A stretch of DNA of 62,154 nucleotides from Gaiellaceae bacterium. Its GTDB lineage: Bacteria; Actinomycetota; Thermoleophilia; Gaiellales; Gaiellaceae. Below are positions 1-10,031 of this stretch, in pieces; positions within the stretch are counted from its first letter, which is position 1; the number at the start of each line of letters is the position of its first letter. Where the stretch lies: the NCBI GenBank assembly GCA_049288455.1, contig JBAQHS010000298.1, positions 1 to 62,154 of the forward strand, read 5' to 3'. Made by a program: the position numbers and the translations under genes. The notes below the pieces were generated by a model that was not told the origin of the DNA, ran no database searches, and saw only the letters and a program-made list of their open reading frames with translations.

Positions 1-500
1 AGCGCGGCGACTACTTCGTGCCCGAGATGCTGATTGCGGCGCGCGCGATGCAGGGCGCGCTCGACATCCTGCGCCCGCTGCTCGCGGAGACCGGCGCGAA
101 GCCGATCGGCACCTACGTGATGGGCACCGTCAAGGGCGATGTGCATGACATCGGCAAGAACCTCGTCAACATCATGCTCGAGGGCGCAGGCTTCACGGTC
201 TACGACCTCGGCGTGAACGTCGCGCCCGAGGTGTTCGTGCAGCAGATCCAGGAGCACCAGCCCGATGTGGTCGGGTTCTCGGCGTTTCTCACGACGACGA
301 TGCCGATGTTCAAGGCGAACATCAATGCGCTCCAGAAGGCGGGCATTCGCGACGACGTCATCGTCATGGTCGGCGGTGCGCCGGTGACGCAGGAGTATGC
401 GGATGCCGTCGGAGCCGACGGTTACGCCGCCGATGCGTCGACCGCCGTCCGACTCGCGAAAGAGCTGATCGAAAAGCGCCGCACGGCTGTGCCTGCCTGA
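1..500 (+). CDS. Corrinoid (cobalamin)-binding protein, B12-binding domain; N-terminus lies upstream of the window
   Basis: Frame is open from nt 3 (RGDYFVPEML...). It carries the DxHxxG cobalamin-ligand motif 'GDVHDIGKN', then 'GFSAFLTTT' and 'MVGGAP', the B12-binding Rossmann signature of methyltransferase corrinoid proteins and the MetH cobalamin module. Stop TGA 498-500 overlaps the next ATG (TGATG). Confidence 0.85.
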   Translation, partial: RGDYFVPEMLIAARAMQGALDILRPLLAETGAKPIGTYVMGTVKGDVHDIGKNLVNIMLEGAGFTVYDLGVNVAPEVFVQQIQEHQPDVVGFSAFLTTTMPMFKANINALQKAGIRDDVIVMVGGAPVTQEYADAVGADGYAADASTAVRLAKELIEKRRTAVPA

Positions 501-853
501 TGCGCCCGCTCGCCCTCGTCGAGGCGGCGGTCAAGAAGCCGGTCTTCGGTTGCCAGATGTGCGGCCAGTGCGTGCTGCACTCGACAGGCATGACGTGCCC
601 CATGAACTGCCCGAAGACGCTGCGGAACGGGCCGTGCGGCGGCGTCCGTCCCGACGGCAACTGCGAAGTCGACCCGGGCATGCGCTGCGTCTGGCTGAAG
701 GCCGTCGAGCGCGCGCCAAAGACTCCATGGGCGCATGAGATCAACGACATCCGCAAGCCCGTCGACAACCGTCTCTGGAACACCTCGTCGTGGGCGAACT
801 ACCTCACGAAACGCGACCGCGTCGCACCCAAGGGCTGGCGTGTCGAGGCTTGA
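500..853 (+). CDS. Methylene-THF reductase C-terminal-domain protein (MetV-like Cys-rich small subunit)
   Basis: 117 aa. 'FGCQMCGQCVLHSTGMTCPMNCPKTLRNGPCGGVRPDGNCEV...CVW' matches the conserved Cys pattern of the MTHFR_C / MetV family. Overlaps both neighbours. Confidence 0.75.
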   Translation: MRPLALVEAAVKKPVFGCQMCGQCVLHSTGMTCPMNCPKTLRNGPCGGVRPDGNCEVDPGMRCVWLKAVERAPKTPWAHEINDIRKPVDNRLWNTSSWANYLTKRDRVAPKGWRVEA

Positions 854-1778
854 GGCAGCAGTCGACTCGGGGCGCTTCGTCCTGACCGCCGAGCTTCTCA
901 CCGTGAACGCCGGCGGCCTCGAGGCTGTGCATGAGCGCTTCGCCCCGTACGAGGAATGGGTCGATGCAGTGAACGCGACCGACAACACGGCTGCGCATGC
1001 GCACGCATCGCCGCTCGCGGTTGCGATCGCCCTGCAGCAGCTCGACATGGAACCGGTGATGCAGCTCGTTTGCCGCGACCGCAACCGTCTCGCGCTCGAG
1101 GCGGAGATCGCCGGAGCGGCGTTGCACGGGATCGAGAACATCTGCTGCCTCACGGGCGACGATGTCACTGCGGGCGACGAGCCTGAGGCCCGCCGCGTGT
1201 TCGACCTCGACAGCATTCAGCTGCTCGTCACGGCGAGCGCGATGCGCGATGGCCATTACCTCTCGGGCCGGAAGATCGAGCCGGCCCCGAGGCTCTTTCT
1301 CGGTGCGGTCGAGAACCCGTCTGCACCGCCCGTCGACTACCGCGTGGAGCGCGCACTGAAGAAAGTGCGCGCGGGGGCGCGGTTCCTGCAGTTGCAGGTC
1401 GGCTTTGAGCGTGCCCCGCTCGAGACGTTCATGGCGGCGGCTGTCGAGACGGGCCTCGCGCAGCAGGCGGCGATCCTGCCGTCGATCTGTCTCGTTCGCT
1501 CGCCGAAGGCGCTTCGTTTCATCGACGAGAAGGTTCCGGGCATCTCCGTGCCGGCCGAGTTGATCGAGCGCTGCGAGCGTGCCGCTGACCCGGAGGCCGA
1601 GTGCTTCGAGGTTGCTTGCGAGCTCGCAGAGCATGCGCGATCGCTGTCCGGCGTCCGAGGCCTGCACCTGATCAGTTTTCGCAAGGAGGCCGGCATCGCA
1701 CGCCTGTGCAGCCGCCTCAACATCCCGACCCGCCGAGAAAGGGAGTTGAGTGGAAACAGTTCTCGAGTCGCCGTCTAG
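840..1778 (+). CDS. metF: Methylenetetrahydrofolate reductase (MetF-like)
   Basis: ORF-track frame is 735..1778. Start moved to in-frame GTG 840 (VSRLEAAVDSGRFVLTAEL) because 735-839 lies inside the preceding gene. MTHFR-like TIM-barrel strings: 'VNATDN', 'VCRDRNRLALEAEIAGAALHGIENICCLTGDD', 'FLGAVENP', 'GARFLQLQVGF'. Confidence 0.8.
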   Translation: MSRLEAAVDSGRFVLTAELLTVNAGGLEAVHERFAPYEEWVDAVNATDNTAAHAHASPLAVAIALQQLDMEPVMQLVCRDRNRLALEAEIAGAALHGIENICCLTGDDVTAGDEPEARRVFDLDSIQLLVTASAMRDGHYLSGRKIEPAPRLFLGAVENPSAPPVDYRVERALKKVRAGARFLQLQVGFERAPLETFMAAAVETGLAQQAAILPSICLVRSPKALRFIDEKVPGISVPAELIERCERAADPEAECFEVACELAEHARSLSGVRGLHLISFRKEAGIARLCSRLNIPTRRERELSGNSSRVAV

Positions 1779-2607
1779 GACGGTGGTGATCGGGCGTGAC
1801 CGCCCTTTCTGTGTGATCGGGGAGCGCATCAACCCGACCGGCCGCAAGAAGTTCCAGGCGGAGTTGCAGAAAGGCGACCTGTCGCGCATCGAGGTCGATG
1901 TCGCGCAGCAGATCGCCGGCGGCGCCGACATGCTGGACGTCAATGTCGGCGATCCGCTGGCCGACGAGATCGAGTTGATGCGGGCAGCAATCCCGCTCGT
2001 GCAGAGCCTCACCGGCGTGCCGCTCTGCATCGACTCGTCGGTGATCGAGGCGCTCGAAGCCGGCCTCGGCGCGTATCAGGGCAAAGCGCTCGTCAACTCG
2101 GTCACGGGTGAGGACGAGCGGCTGGAGGCGATCCTGCCGATCGTCGCGAAGCACGGCGCCGCCGTCATCGGGCTGGCGAACGACGACGAGATCCCGATGG
2201 AGCCCGAACGGCGGCTCGAGGTCGCGCGCAAGATCGTCTCGGTCGCCGGGGATTACGGCATTCCGCCCGAGGACGTGCTGATCGACCCACTCGCGATGCC
2301 CGTCGGCGCCGAGCCGCGTGCCGTGACGCTGTTCCTCGAAACGGTGCGGTTGATCCGCGAGGACCTCGGCGTGAACATGACCTGCGGCGCGTCGAACACC
2401 TCGTTCGGTCTGCCCGGGCGCGACACGCTCGGCGCGGGGTTCCTCGCGATCGCCGCGAGCCACGGACTGACGAGCGCGATCATGGATGCCCGCTCGCGCG
2501 AGATCGTCGAGGCGGTGCGGGCGACTGACTTCCTGCTCGGGCATGACGAGTGGGGCGCCGCGTGGATCGCCGCGTTCCGCGCGAAGCAGGCGGCTGCCGC
2601 CGCGTGA
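1750..2607 (+). CDS. Pterin-binding methyltetrahydrofolate:corrinoid methyltransferase (MetH pterin module / AcsE / MtgA-like)
   Basis: 'VIGERINPTGRKKF', 'GADMLDVNVG', 'LCIDSS', 'ALVNSV', 'IDPLAMPVGA' and 'TCGASNTSFGLP' form a DHPS-like pterin-binding barrel. GTG start overlaps the metF end by 29 nt. Confidence 0.8.
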   Translation: METVLESPSRTVVIGRDRPFCVIGERINPTGRKKFQAELQKGDLSRIEVDVAQQIAGGADMLDVNVGDPLADEIELMRAAIPLVQSLTGVPLCIDSSVIEALEAGLGAYQGKALVNSVTGEDERLEAILPIVAKHGAAVIGLANDDEIPMEPERRLEVARKIVSVAGDYGIPPEDVLIDPLAMPVGAEPRAVTLFLETVRLIREDLGVNMTCGASNTSFGLPGRDTLGAGFLAIAASHGLTSAIMDARSREIVEAVRATDFLLGHDEWGAAWIAAFRAKQAAAAA

Positions 2608-4430
2608 GTGCAGAGCCGCACGTGGTGCTCGACCAGGCTCACCCCGACCGGGTCAGGCTCGTCTTCGAGCAGGCGGACGGCGCGGTCAAGGAGACGCGCG
2701 TTCCCGCCGGCACGACACTGTTCGACGGCGCGAGTTGGAACGGGATCGCGATCGATTCGACGTGCGGCGGCCACGGCACCTGCAAGAAATGCAAGGTGCG
2801 TGTCGCGTCCGGGGAGCAGGCGGTTTCGACCGTCGACCCGCGTGCGTTCACGCCCGACGAGCTGAGGGCGGGGTGGCGCCTCGCCTGCCGCGCGCAGGCC
2901 GAAGCGGATCTCGTCGTCGAGGTGCCGCCGCTCCAGACCCGTCCGAAGGCCGCGCTCGCCGGGGTCGGACGGCACGTGATCCTGCGGCCTGCCGTGCAGA
3001 AGCGCTATCTCGAGCTCACCGAGCCGACGCTCGAGGATCAGGTCTCGGATCTCGAGCGCGTGCTGCAGGCGATGGACGACGTCGAGCTGCGGGTGCCGAT
3101 GGAGTTGCTCCGCTCGCTCGGCGCGACACTGAGAACCGCCGACTGGAAGGTGACGGCCGTGCTGGTCGACGACTTGCTCGTCGACGTCGAGGCGGGAGAC
3201 ACCTCTGCGCGGCGGCACGCGATCGCCTACGACCTCGGCACGACCACGGTCGTCGCGACGCTCATCGACCTCGAGACCGGGCAGCCTGCCGCGGTGAGCT
3301 CGATGTTGAATGCGCAGCAGCCGTTCGGCGCCGACGTGATCACGCGGATCAGCGCAACGATGATGGACCCGGCCGCACTCGGCATGCTGCGTGACCGTGC
3401 GCACGAGACTCTCGCGACGTTGACGACCGAGGTGTGCGAAGAGGCGGAGGTCGATCCGTCGGAGGTCTACGAGATCGTTATCGCCGGCAACATGACGATG
3501 CTCCAACTCGCGCTCGGCATCGATCCCGAGCCGCTCTCGATGGCGCCCTTCACGATCATCTCGCGCCGGCTGCCCGAGGCGAAGGCCACCGATTTCGGTG
3601 TATCCGTGCACGAGCGGGCACCGGCAGTGCTCTTCCCGGCACTCGGCGCCTATGTCGGCCCCGACATCGTCGCCGGAATTCTCGCGACGGGGCTGATCCT
3701 CGATAAGCGAACGCGGCTCTTCATCGACGTCGGCACGAACTCGGAGATCGTGCTCGGTTCGTCCGCCCGCGCGCTCGCGACGGCTGCTCCGGCAGGCCCA
3801 GCGTTCGAGGCCGCGCAGATTCGGTGCGGCATGCGCGCGGCGGAGGGAGCGATCGAAGGCGTGCGCATCGTCGACGGTGAGGTGCAGTTGACCGTGATCG
3901 GCGACGTCGAGGCCGTCGGCCTCTGCGGGTCGGGGCTCGTCGACGCCGTTGCCGAGCTCGTCGGTGCGGGCATCCTCGACCACTCGGGTCGGTTCGTGCT
4001 CGGCTCATCGCCGCGGCTCGGCAAGATCGGCGAGGAGAATGTCTTCTATCTGCACGACGACGTCTTTCTCTCACAGCGCGACGTGCGTGAGCTTCAGTTT
4101 GCGAAGGCCTCGATCGCGACCGGCTGGCAGATTCTTTGCAACGACATGGGCGTCGATCCAACCGAGATCTCACAGGTGCTGCTCGGCGGCTCCTTCGGCT
4201 CCTACCTCACGGCGGCGAGCGCGGTGAAGATCGGGCTCGTGCCAAAGTTGCCGCTCACCCGCATCGTCTCCGCCGGAAATGTCGCCGGTGAGGGCGCGAA
4301 GATCGCCGCCCTGTCCGTGACCGAGCGTGCGGCCGCATCGGCGGCGATCGACGAGGTCGACTACGTCGAGCTCTCCGGCCGCACTGATTTCAACGACCTC
4401 TTCATCGACCAGTTGTCCTTCCCGTCATGA
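2604..4430 (+). CDS. RACo-type reductive activator of corrinoid proteins ([2Fe-2S] ferredoxin + ASKHA ATPase)
   Basis: N-terminal plant-type 2Fe-2S motif '[12 protein letters not shown]...ACRA', then an ASKHA body ('[11 protein letters not shown]', '[12 protein letters not shown]', 'GLCGSGLVD'). Start set at GTG 2604 (GTGA overlap with the upstream stop); the ORF track begins at 2550. Confidence 0.8.
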   Translation: MSAEPHVVLDQAHPDRVRLVFEQADGAVKETRVPAGTTLFDGASWNGIAIDSTCGGHGTCKKCKVRVASGEQAVSTVDPRAFTPDELRAGWRLACRAQAEADLVVEVPPLQTRPKAALAGVGRHVILRPAVQKRYLELTEPTLEDQVSDLERVLQAMDDVELRVPMELLRSLGATLRTADWKVTAVLVDDLLVDVEAGDTSARRHAIAYDLGTTTVVATLIDLETGQPAAVSSMLNAQQPFGADVITRISATMMDPAALGMLRDRAHETLATLTTEVCEEAEVDPSEVYEIVIAGNMTMLQLALGIDPEPLSMAPFTIISRRLPEAKATDFGVSVHERAPAVLFPALGAYVGPDIVAGILATGLILDKRTRLFIDVGTNSEIVLGSSARALATAAPAGPAFEAAQIRCGMRAAEGAIEGVRIVDGEVQLTVIGDVEAVGLCGSGLVDAVAELVGAGILDHSGRFVLGSSPRLGKIGEENVFYLHDDVFLSQRDVRELQFAKASIATGWQILCNDMGVDPTEISQVLLGGSFGSYLTAASAVKIGLVPKLPLTRIVSAGNVAGEGAKIAALSVTERAAASAAIDEVDYVELSGRTDFNDLFIDQLSFPS

Positions 4431-4969
4431 CGAAAGTCGTGGTGGCCTGTGGTGCTCTCGCGTTGCACATCGACCAGATCGCGAAGCGGCGCGGCTGGGA
4501 CATCGACGTGCGCCCGCTGCCGCCGGAGCTGCACAACCGGCCCGAGCGGATCCGCGCAGCGGTCGACGAAGTAGGCGGCGACGTGGTCGCCTACGCCGAT
4601 TGCGGGACACGTGGTGCACTCGATGACCTGCCGCGGCTGCCCGGCGCCGACTGCTACCAGCTCTTCGGCGGGATGGAACACGAGCAAGGCACCTATTACC
4701 TGACCGACTTTCTCGTCCGCTCCTTCGACCGGATCGTCTGGCGCAGCCTTGGCCTCGATCGGCACCCCGATCTCCGTGACGCCTACTTCCGGCACTACGA
4801 ACGCGTTGTCTGGCTGGCTCAGACCCCGACAGACGAGCTGCGCGTGAAGGCAGAGGCCGCCGCGCTGAAGCTCGGTCTCCCGCTCGAAGTCCGCGAGACC
4901 GGCGACCACGGCCTCGAAACCGCCCTCGAACAACTCCTGGAGGTTCGTGTCCCTTCCGCAAATACCTAG
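4427..4969 (+). CDS. DUF1638 domain protein (corrinoid-methyltransferase-associated)
   Basis: 180 aa. '[12 protein letters not shown]', '[11 protein letters not shown]' and '[12 protein letters not shown]' fit the pattern I recognise as DUF1638, a family that usually accompanies corrinoid methyltransferase genes. ATGA overlap with the RACo gene. Confidence 0.65.
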   Translation: MTKVVVACGALALHIDQIAKRRGWDIDVRPLPPELHNRPERIRAAVDEVGGDVVAYADCGTRGALDDLPRLPGADCYQLFGGMEHEQGTYYLTDFLVRSFDRIVWRSLGLDRHPDLRDAYFRHYERVVWLAQTPTDELRVKAEAAALKLGLPLEVRETGDHGLETALEQLLEVRVPSANT

Positions 4970-5015
4970 CGCGCTCTCGCCCGCGATCACGCGGCGCGCT
5001 GCGGCGTCCTCAGTC

Positions 5016-5042
5016 GCCCCGATAGAACACCGCTATCGGGGC
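5016..5042 (+). terminator. GC-rich hairpin (attenuator/terminator-like) between the DUF1638 and mttB-family genes
   Basis: Perfect 10-bp stem gccccgatag / ctatcggggc with a 7-nt loop, no U-tract. It sits in the largest non-overlapping gap (144 nt) within the 1-10903 cluster. Confidence 0.35.
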
Positions 5043-5113
5043 TCCCTGCGTCCTTGCATCGCTTGGTGCTCGCGACCGAGCGCATCACCAACATTTACGG
5101 AAGGGACACCGCT

Positions 5114-6562
5114 GTGCTGATCAATGAGCTCCCGCGCTACGAGATCCTCGACGAGCACTCGATGCAGGAGCTCGAGCGCGGGTGGCGCCGGATCGTCAGC
5201 GAGCTCGGCATCGACTTCGGGACGTCGGAGCCCCACGAGCCGACGGTCGCTCTCCTCGAGGCGGCGGGACAGAAGGTCGAGGGCCAGCTTGTCAAGCTCG
5301 ATCCGGACTGGATCCTCGAGCAGGTCGCGAAGGCGCCGCGCGAGTTCGATCTCCAGGCACGCAACCCCGCCAACTCGATCCACATCGGCGGGAAGCACAT
5401 GGCATTCGGCGCGGTGTACGGGTGCCCCTTCGTTCGCGAAGGGATCGAGCGACGCGAGGCAACGTACGCCGACTTCGAGAACCTCGTTCGTCTCGCGCAG
5501 GCATTCCCGCAGCTCGACACACCCGGCGGAACGATCTGCGAGCCGAACGACAAGCCGCTCGATTCTCGGCACCTCGACATGGTCTATGCGCTGATGACGC
5601 TCTCGGACAAGCCGTTCATGGGGTCGGTCACCTCGGGGCCGAATGCAGAGGACACGATTGCCATGGCGGAAATGGTGTTCGGCCGCGAGTCGCTCGAGCA
5701 GACGCCTGCGATCATCAGTCTGATCAACGTCAACTCCCCGCTTCGTTACGACGAGCGGATGCTGGACGCGCTGCACGCCTACGCGAATGCGAATCAGGCG
5801 CTTGTGATCACGCCGTTCCTGTTGATGGGCGCGATGTCGCCGGTCTCGGTGGCGGCGTCGCTCGCCCAGCAGGTCGCTGAGGCGCTCGCCGGGATCGCGC
5901 TCGTGCAGACCATCCGTCCGGGCGCGCCGGTCGTCTTCGGCTCGTTCCTCTCGAACACCGACATGCAGTCCGGCTCGCCGAGCTTCGGCACGCCCGAGTC
6001 GGCGGTCGGCTTGCTCTGCACCGGGCAGATCGCCCGCCACTACGGCCTCCCGTTCCGCGGCGGCGGCGCGCTGACGGCGTCGCAGACGGTCGACGCGCAG
6101 GCCGCGTACGAGGCCGCGATGACGCTCTGGCCGACGTTCCTCGCCGGCACCAACTTCGTCATGCATTCCGCGGGCTGGCTCGAGTCGGGCCTCGTCTCCT
6201 GCTACGAGAAGTTCGTTGTCGACGTGGAGATGCTGCGCATGTTGCAGCATGTGTTCCAGCCACTCGAGATCAACGAGGAGACACTCGCGTACGGCGCGCA
6301 CCAGGAGGTGGGGCAGGGCGGGCACTTCCTCGGCGCCGTGCACACGCTCGAGCGTTTTCGCGAGTGTTTCTACCGGCCGCTGCTCTCGTCGACCGAGAAC
6401 TACGAGCGGTGGAACCGCAACGGCGGCAAGGACGCAGCTGCGCGCGCCTCGGACGTCTGGCACAAGACGCTCGAGGAGTACGAGGAGCCCGCGCTCGACG
6501 GCGATCTCAAGGACGAGCTGAAGGCCTACGTCGACCGCCGGCGGACCGAGCTTGGCGACTGA
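5114..6562 (+). CDS. MttB-superfamily (trimethylamine methyltransferase family) substrate:corrinoid methyltransferase, non-pyrrolysine type
   Basis: Uninterrupted frame with no internal TAG. The N-terminus 'LPRYEILDEHSMQELERGWRRIVSELGIDF' and the about 480-aa length are typical of the MttB family. Start chosen at GTG 5114, 7 nt after GGAAGGGA; the ORF track starts at TTG 5054. Confidence 0.85.
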   Translation: MLINELPRYEILDEHSMQELERGWRRIVSELGIDFGTSEPHEPTVALLEAAGQKVEGQLVKLDPDWILEQVAKAPREFDLQARNPANSIHIGGKHMAFGAVYGCPFVREGIERREATYADFENLVRLAQAFPQLDTPGGTICEPNDKPLDSRHLDMVYALMTLSDKPFMGSVTSGPNAEDTIAMAEMVFGRESLEQTPAIISLINVNSPLRYDERMLDALHAYANANQALVITPFLLMGAMSPVSVAASLAQQVAEALAGIALVQTIRPGAPVVFGSFLSNTDMQSGSPSFGTPESAVGLLCTGQIARHYGLPFRGGGALTASQTVDAQAAYEAAMTLWPTFLAGTNFVMHSAGWLESGLVSCYEKFVVDVEMLRMLQHVFQPLEINEETLAYGAHQEVGQGGHFLGAVHTLERFRECFYRPLLSSTENYERWNRNGGKDAAARASDVWHKTLEEYEEPALDGDLKDELKAYVDRRRTELGD

Positions 6563-6569
6563 CACCTCG

Positions 6570-7991
6570 ATGTTCGTCGACGGCCGGTGGACGAAGGCGC
6601 TCTCCGGCAAGACGTTCACGGCCGACTCGCCTGCGACCGGCGAGGCGATCGGCGAGGTGCCGCAGGGTGGGCGTGAGGATGCTCAGCTCGCGATCGGTGC
6701 TGCGAACCGGGCCGCCGACAGCTGGGCCCGGCTGACGGTCTTCGATCGCGCGGCTGCGATGAATCGCGTCGGCGATGCGGTGGAGCGGCGCCGCGACGAG
6801 CTGGTTCACACGCTGACCCTCGACCAGGGAAAGCCGTTGCACGAGTCGCGCGATGAAGTCGAGGAGCTGATCGCGTACTGGCGCAATGCGGCCGAGGACG
6901 GAAAGCGTCTCGAAGGGCGACTCGCGAACTCGATGTCGCCCGGCAAGCGGGTTCTGCTCGTCCGGCGGCCGCGGGGTGTGATCGGCGTGATCACGCCGTG
7001 GAACTGGCCGTACACGATGCCGGCGGAGCTGATTGCGCCGGCGCTGGCCTCGGGGAACACGGTCGTCTGGACGCCGGCTTCGTCCACAGCGGTCGCCGCG
7101 GGTGCGCTCGCCGAATGCGTCGTCGAAGCCGACCTGCCGCCCGGTGTGTTCAACCTCGTCACGGGGCCAGGGTCGACGGTCGGCGACGAGATCGCCCGCA
7201 ACCCGGGCACGCACGGTGTCGGATTCATCGGCTCGACCGAGACGGGCCGGAAGGTCGCGGAGGCCGCGGCCGGCAAGGCCGCCGTGCTCGAGCTCGGTGG
7301 TAACGGGCCGGTTGTCGTGCTCGCCGATGCCGATCTCGATCTCGCTGCTGAGGCGACGGTGACCGCGTGCTTCCTGTGCGCGGGCCAGAGCTGCACGGCG
7401 GGCGAGCGGCTCCTCGTCCATCGCGACGTGCGCGAAGCATTCGTCGAGAAGCTGCAGCGGCTCGTTGCGGAGCGCGTCGTCCTCGGCGATCCCTTCGCCG
7501 ACGGAACGACCATGGGGCCGCTGAATAACGCCGGAGTCGCGGCGAAGATGGACGAGCACGTCGCCGACGCGCTGGACCGGGGGGCGGAGATCGTCAGCGG
7601 CGGCGCCCGCGCCGGTGGCTTCCCGACCGAGCTCTATTGGCAGGCAACCGTTCTTGATGGGGTGCCTGCCGACTCGCTCGTCGCCGTTGAAGAGACATTC
7701 GGCCCGATCGCGCCCGTGGTCGCCATCGACTCACTCGAGCACGCGATCGAGCTGACGAACGCATCGCCGTACGGTTTGCTCTCGGCGATCTTCACACGTG
7801 ACCTCGCGCAGGGCTTGCGCTTTGCCGACGAGGTACGCACCGGCTGGGTGAACATCAACGACAGCTCGAACTACTGGGAGCCGCACCTGCCGTTCGGCGG
7901 ACGGTCGGGGACGGCGAGCGGGATCGGTCGCGTCGGGGGCAACGCGCCGATGGAGGCGTTCACCGAGCTGCAGACGATCACGATCGCGTGA
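6570..7991 (+). CDS. NAD(P)-dependent aldehyde dehydrogenase (context suggests betaine-aldehyde dehydrogenase)
   Basis: 'FVDGRWT', 'VITPWNWP', 'GSTETGRKV', 'LELGGNGP', catalytic-Cys region '[13 protein letters not shown]', 'EETFGPI', 'PFGG'. Start is ATG 6570 or TTG 6552. Stop overlaps the betA start (GTGA). Confidence 0.85.
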   Translation: MFVDGRWTKALSGKTFTADSPATGEAIGEVPQGGREDAQLAIGAANRAADSWARLTVFDRAAAMNRVGDAVERRRDELVHTLTLDQGKPLHESRDEVEELIAYWRNAAEDGKRLEGRLANSMSPGKRVLLVRRPRGVIGVITPWNWPYTMPAELIAPALASGNTVVWTPASSTAVAAGALAECVVEADLPPGVFNLVTGPGSTVGDEIARNPGTHGVGFIGSTETGRKVAEAAAGKAAVLELGGNGPVVVLADADLDLAAEATVTACFLCAGQSCTAGERLLVHRDVREAFVEKLQRLVAERVVLGDPFADGTTMGPLNNAGVAAKMDEHVADALDRGAEIVSGGARAGGFPTELYWQATVLDGVPADSLVAVEETFGPIAPVVAIDSLEHAIELTNASPYGLLSAIFTRDLAQGLRFADEVRTGWVNINDSSNYWEPHLPFGGRSGTASGIGRVGGNAPMEAFTELQTITIA

Positions 7992-9628
7992 GTTACGACT
8001 TCATCATCGTCGGCGGCGGCTCGGCCGGCTGCGCGCTCGCGGCGCGACTGAGCGAGGACTCCTCCACGCGCGTGCTCGTGCTCGAAGCGGGCCGGCCCGA
8101 CTCGTGGTGGGACCTCTACATCCACATGCCGGCGGCTCTCTCGTTCCCGATCGGCAACCGTTTCTACGACTGGAAGTACGAGTCCGAGCCGGAGCCGTAC
8201 ATGAACGGCCGGCGCATCTATCACGCCCGCGGAAAGGTCCTCGGCGGATCCAGCTCGATCAACGGGATGATCTTCCAGCGCGGCAACCCGCTCGACTATG
8301 AGCGATGGGCGGCAGACCCCGGTCTCGAGGGCTGGGACTACGCGCACTGCCTGCCGTACTTCAAGCGCATGGAGACGTGCCTTGCGGGAGCCGACGAGTG
8401 GCGCGGCGGGGACGGCCCGCTCCCGCTCGAGCGGGGGCCCGCAAAAGGCCCGCTCTTCGACGCATTCTTCGAGGCGGTTCAGGAAGCGGGCTACCCGCTG
8501 ACCGACGACGTCAACGGCTTCCGCCAGGAGGGTTTCGCGAAGTTCGACCGCAACATCCGCAACGGCCGCCGCGTCAGCGCCTCGCGCGCCTACCTGCACC
8601 CGGCGATGAGCCGCCCGAATCTCGAGGTGCGGACGCGAGCATTCGTCGAGCGGATCGTCTTCGAGGGCACCCGTGCCGTCGGCGTCCAGGTCGACGGACG
8701 AACGATCGGGGCCGGTGAGGTGATCCTCTGCGGCGGTGCGATCAATTCGCCCCAGCTCCTGCAGCTCTCTGGTATCGGGGCTGCCGATCACCTGTCGACA
8801 CTCGATATATCAGTTGTGCACGACCTACCCGGTGTGGGCGACAACCTGCAGGACCACCTCGAGGTGTACGTGCAGCGCTCCTCGAAGCTACCGGTGACCG
8901 TCGCACCCGCCTACAAGTGGCGGAATCGGCCACTCGTCGGCGCGAAGTGGCTGTTCTTCAAGTCCGGTCCGGGCGCGACCAACCACTTCGAGGCCGGAGG
9001 CTTCATCCGGTCGAACGACGACGTTGCGTACCCGAATGTCATGTTCCACTTCCTGCCGATCGCCGTTCGGTATGACGGCACCGCCCCGCAGGGGCACGGT
9101 TATCAGCTGCACGTGGGACCGATGTACTCGGACGCGCGCGGCTCGCTGAAGATCACCTCGAGCGATCCGAGGGTGCATCCCGCGCTGCGCTTCAACTACC
9201 TGTCGACGCAGCAGGATCGGCGTGAGTGGGTCGAGAGCGTACGCGCGGCGCGCTCGATCCTCGGCCAGCCGGCGTTCGCGCCGTTCGACGGCGTCGAGCT
9301 CTCGCCCGGCGCGAGCGTCGAGACCGACGAGCAGATCCTCGACTGGGTCGCGCGGGACGCCGAGACTGCGCTCCATCCGTCCTGCACCGCGAAGATGGGT
9401 GTCGATGCCGCGGCCGTCGTCGATCCCAGAACGATGCGCGTGCACGGCACCGACGGACTCCGTGTCGTCGACGCGAGCGTCTTCCCGTACGTCACGAACG
9501 GGAACATCTACGCGCCCGTGATGATGGTGGCTGAGAAGGCCGCAGATCTGATCCGCGGCGACACGCCGCTGCCGCCGGAGGAGGTGCCGTTCTACCGTCA
9601 TGAGCTACAGCGAGCTCCAACTCGGTGA
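7988..9628 (+). CDS. betA: Choline dehydrogenase-like GMC oxidoreductase
   Basis: '[22 protein letters not shown]...VLVLEAG', 'MPAALSFP', '[13 protein letters not shown]', '[13 protein letters not shown]', C-terminal 'HPSCTAKMG' and 'VVDASVFP'. The N-terminal 100 aa are co-linear by eye with E. coli BetA. Confidence 0.8.
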   Translation: MSYDFIIVGGGSAGCALAARLSEDSSTRVLVLEAGRPDSWWDLYIHMPAALSFPIGNRFYDWKYESEPEPYMNGRRIYHARGKVLGGSSSINGMIFQRGNPLDYERWAADPGLEGWDYAHCLPYFKRMETCLAGADEWRGGDGPLPLERGPAKGPLFDAFFEAVQEAGYPLTDDVNGFRQEGFAKFDRNIRNGRRVSASRAYLHPAMSRPNLEVRTRAFVERIVFEGTRAVGVQVDGRTIGAGEVILCGGAINSPQLLQLSGIGAADHLSTLDISVVHDLPGVGDNLQDHLEVYVQRSSKLPVTVAPAYKWRNRPLVGAKWLFFKSGPGATNHFEAGGFIRSNDDVAYPNVMFHFLPIAVRYDGTAPQGHGYQLHVGPMYSDARGSLKITSSDPRVHPALRFNYLSTQQDRREWVESVRAARSILGQPAFAPFDGVELSPGASVETDEQILDWVARDAETALHPSCTAKMGVDAAAVVDPRTMRVHGTDGLRVVDASVFPYVTNGNIYAPVMMVAEKAADLIRGDTPLPPEEVPFYRHELQRAPTR

Positions 9629-10031
9629 GTTCCTCGCCGCACTCGGTGAGCGCACCCCGGCGCCGGCGAGCGGATCGGCAACAGCCATAACCGCGGCCCT
9701 CGCCGCAGCCCTCGTCGAGCTGGCCGCGCGGTTCGCCGACGACAAGCCCTCGATCGTCCGCGCGAAGGCACTGTGGTCGCGGCTTGCCGAGCTCGCCGAC
9801 GAGGACTCGGCGGCGTACGAAGCGTTCATGGCCGGTCGAACCGACGAGACGCGCGCGCGCATCATCGAGGTTCCCGAGGAGATCGCCGCGTGCGCCGATG
9901 AGGTTGCGGCTCTCGCCGAGCACGTACGCGCACGGCTCCGCTCATCGGTGGTCGGAGACGCTGAGGCCGGCGGCGAGCTCGCGCGCGCCGCCGCCCGTGT
10001 CGCGCGCCGGCTCGCCGAGGTGAACGCCTGA
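9600..10031 (+). CDS. Cyclodeaminase/cyclohydrolase (FTCD C-terminal-like) family protein
   Basis: 143-aa all-helical protein. '[35 protein letters not shown]' resembles the FTCD_C / methenyl-THF cyclohydrolase-like signature. Overlaps the betA end by 29 nt. Confidence 0.6.
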   Translation: MSYSELQLGEFLAALGERTPAPASGSATAITAALAAALVELAARFADDKPSIVRAKALWSRLAELADEDSAAYEAFMAGRTDETRARIIEVPEEIAACADEVAALAEHVRARLRSSVVGDAEAGGELARAAARVARRLAEVNA

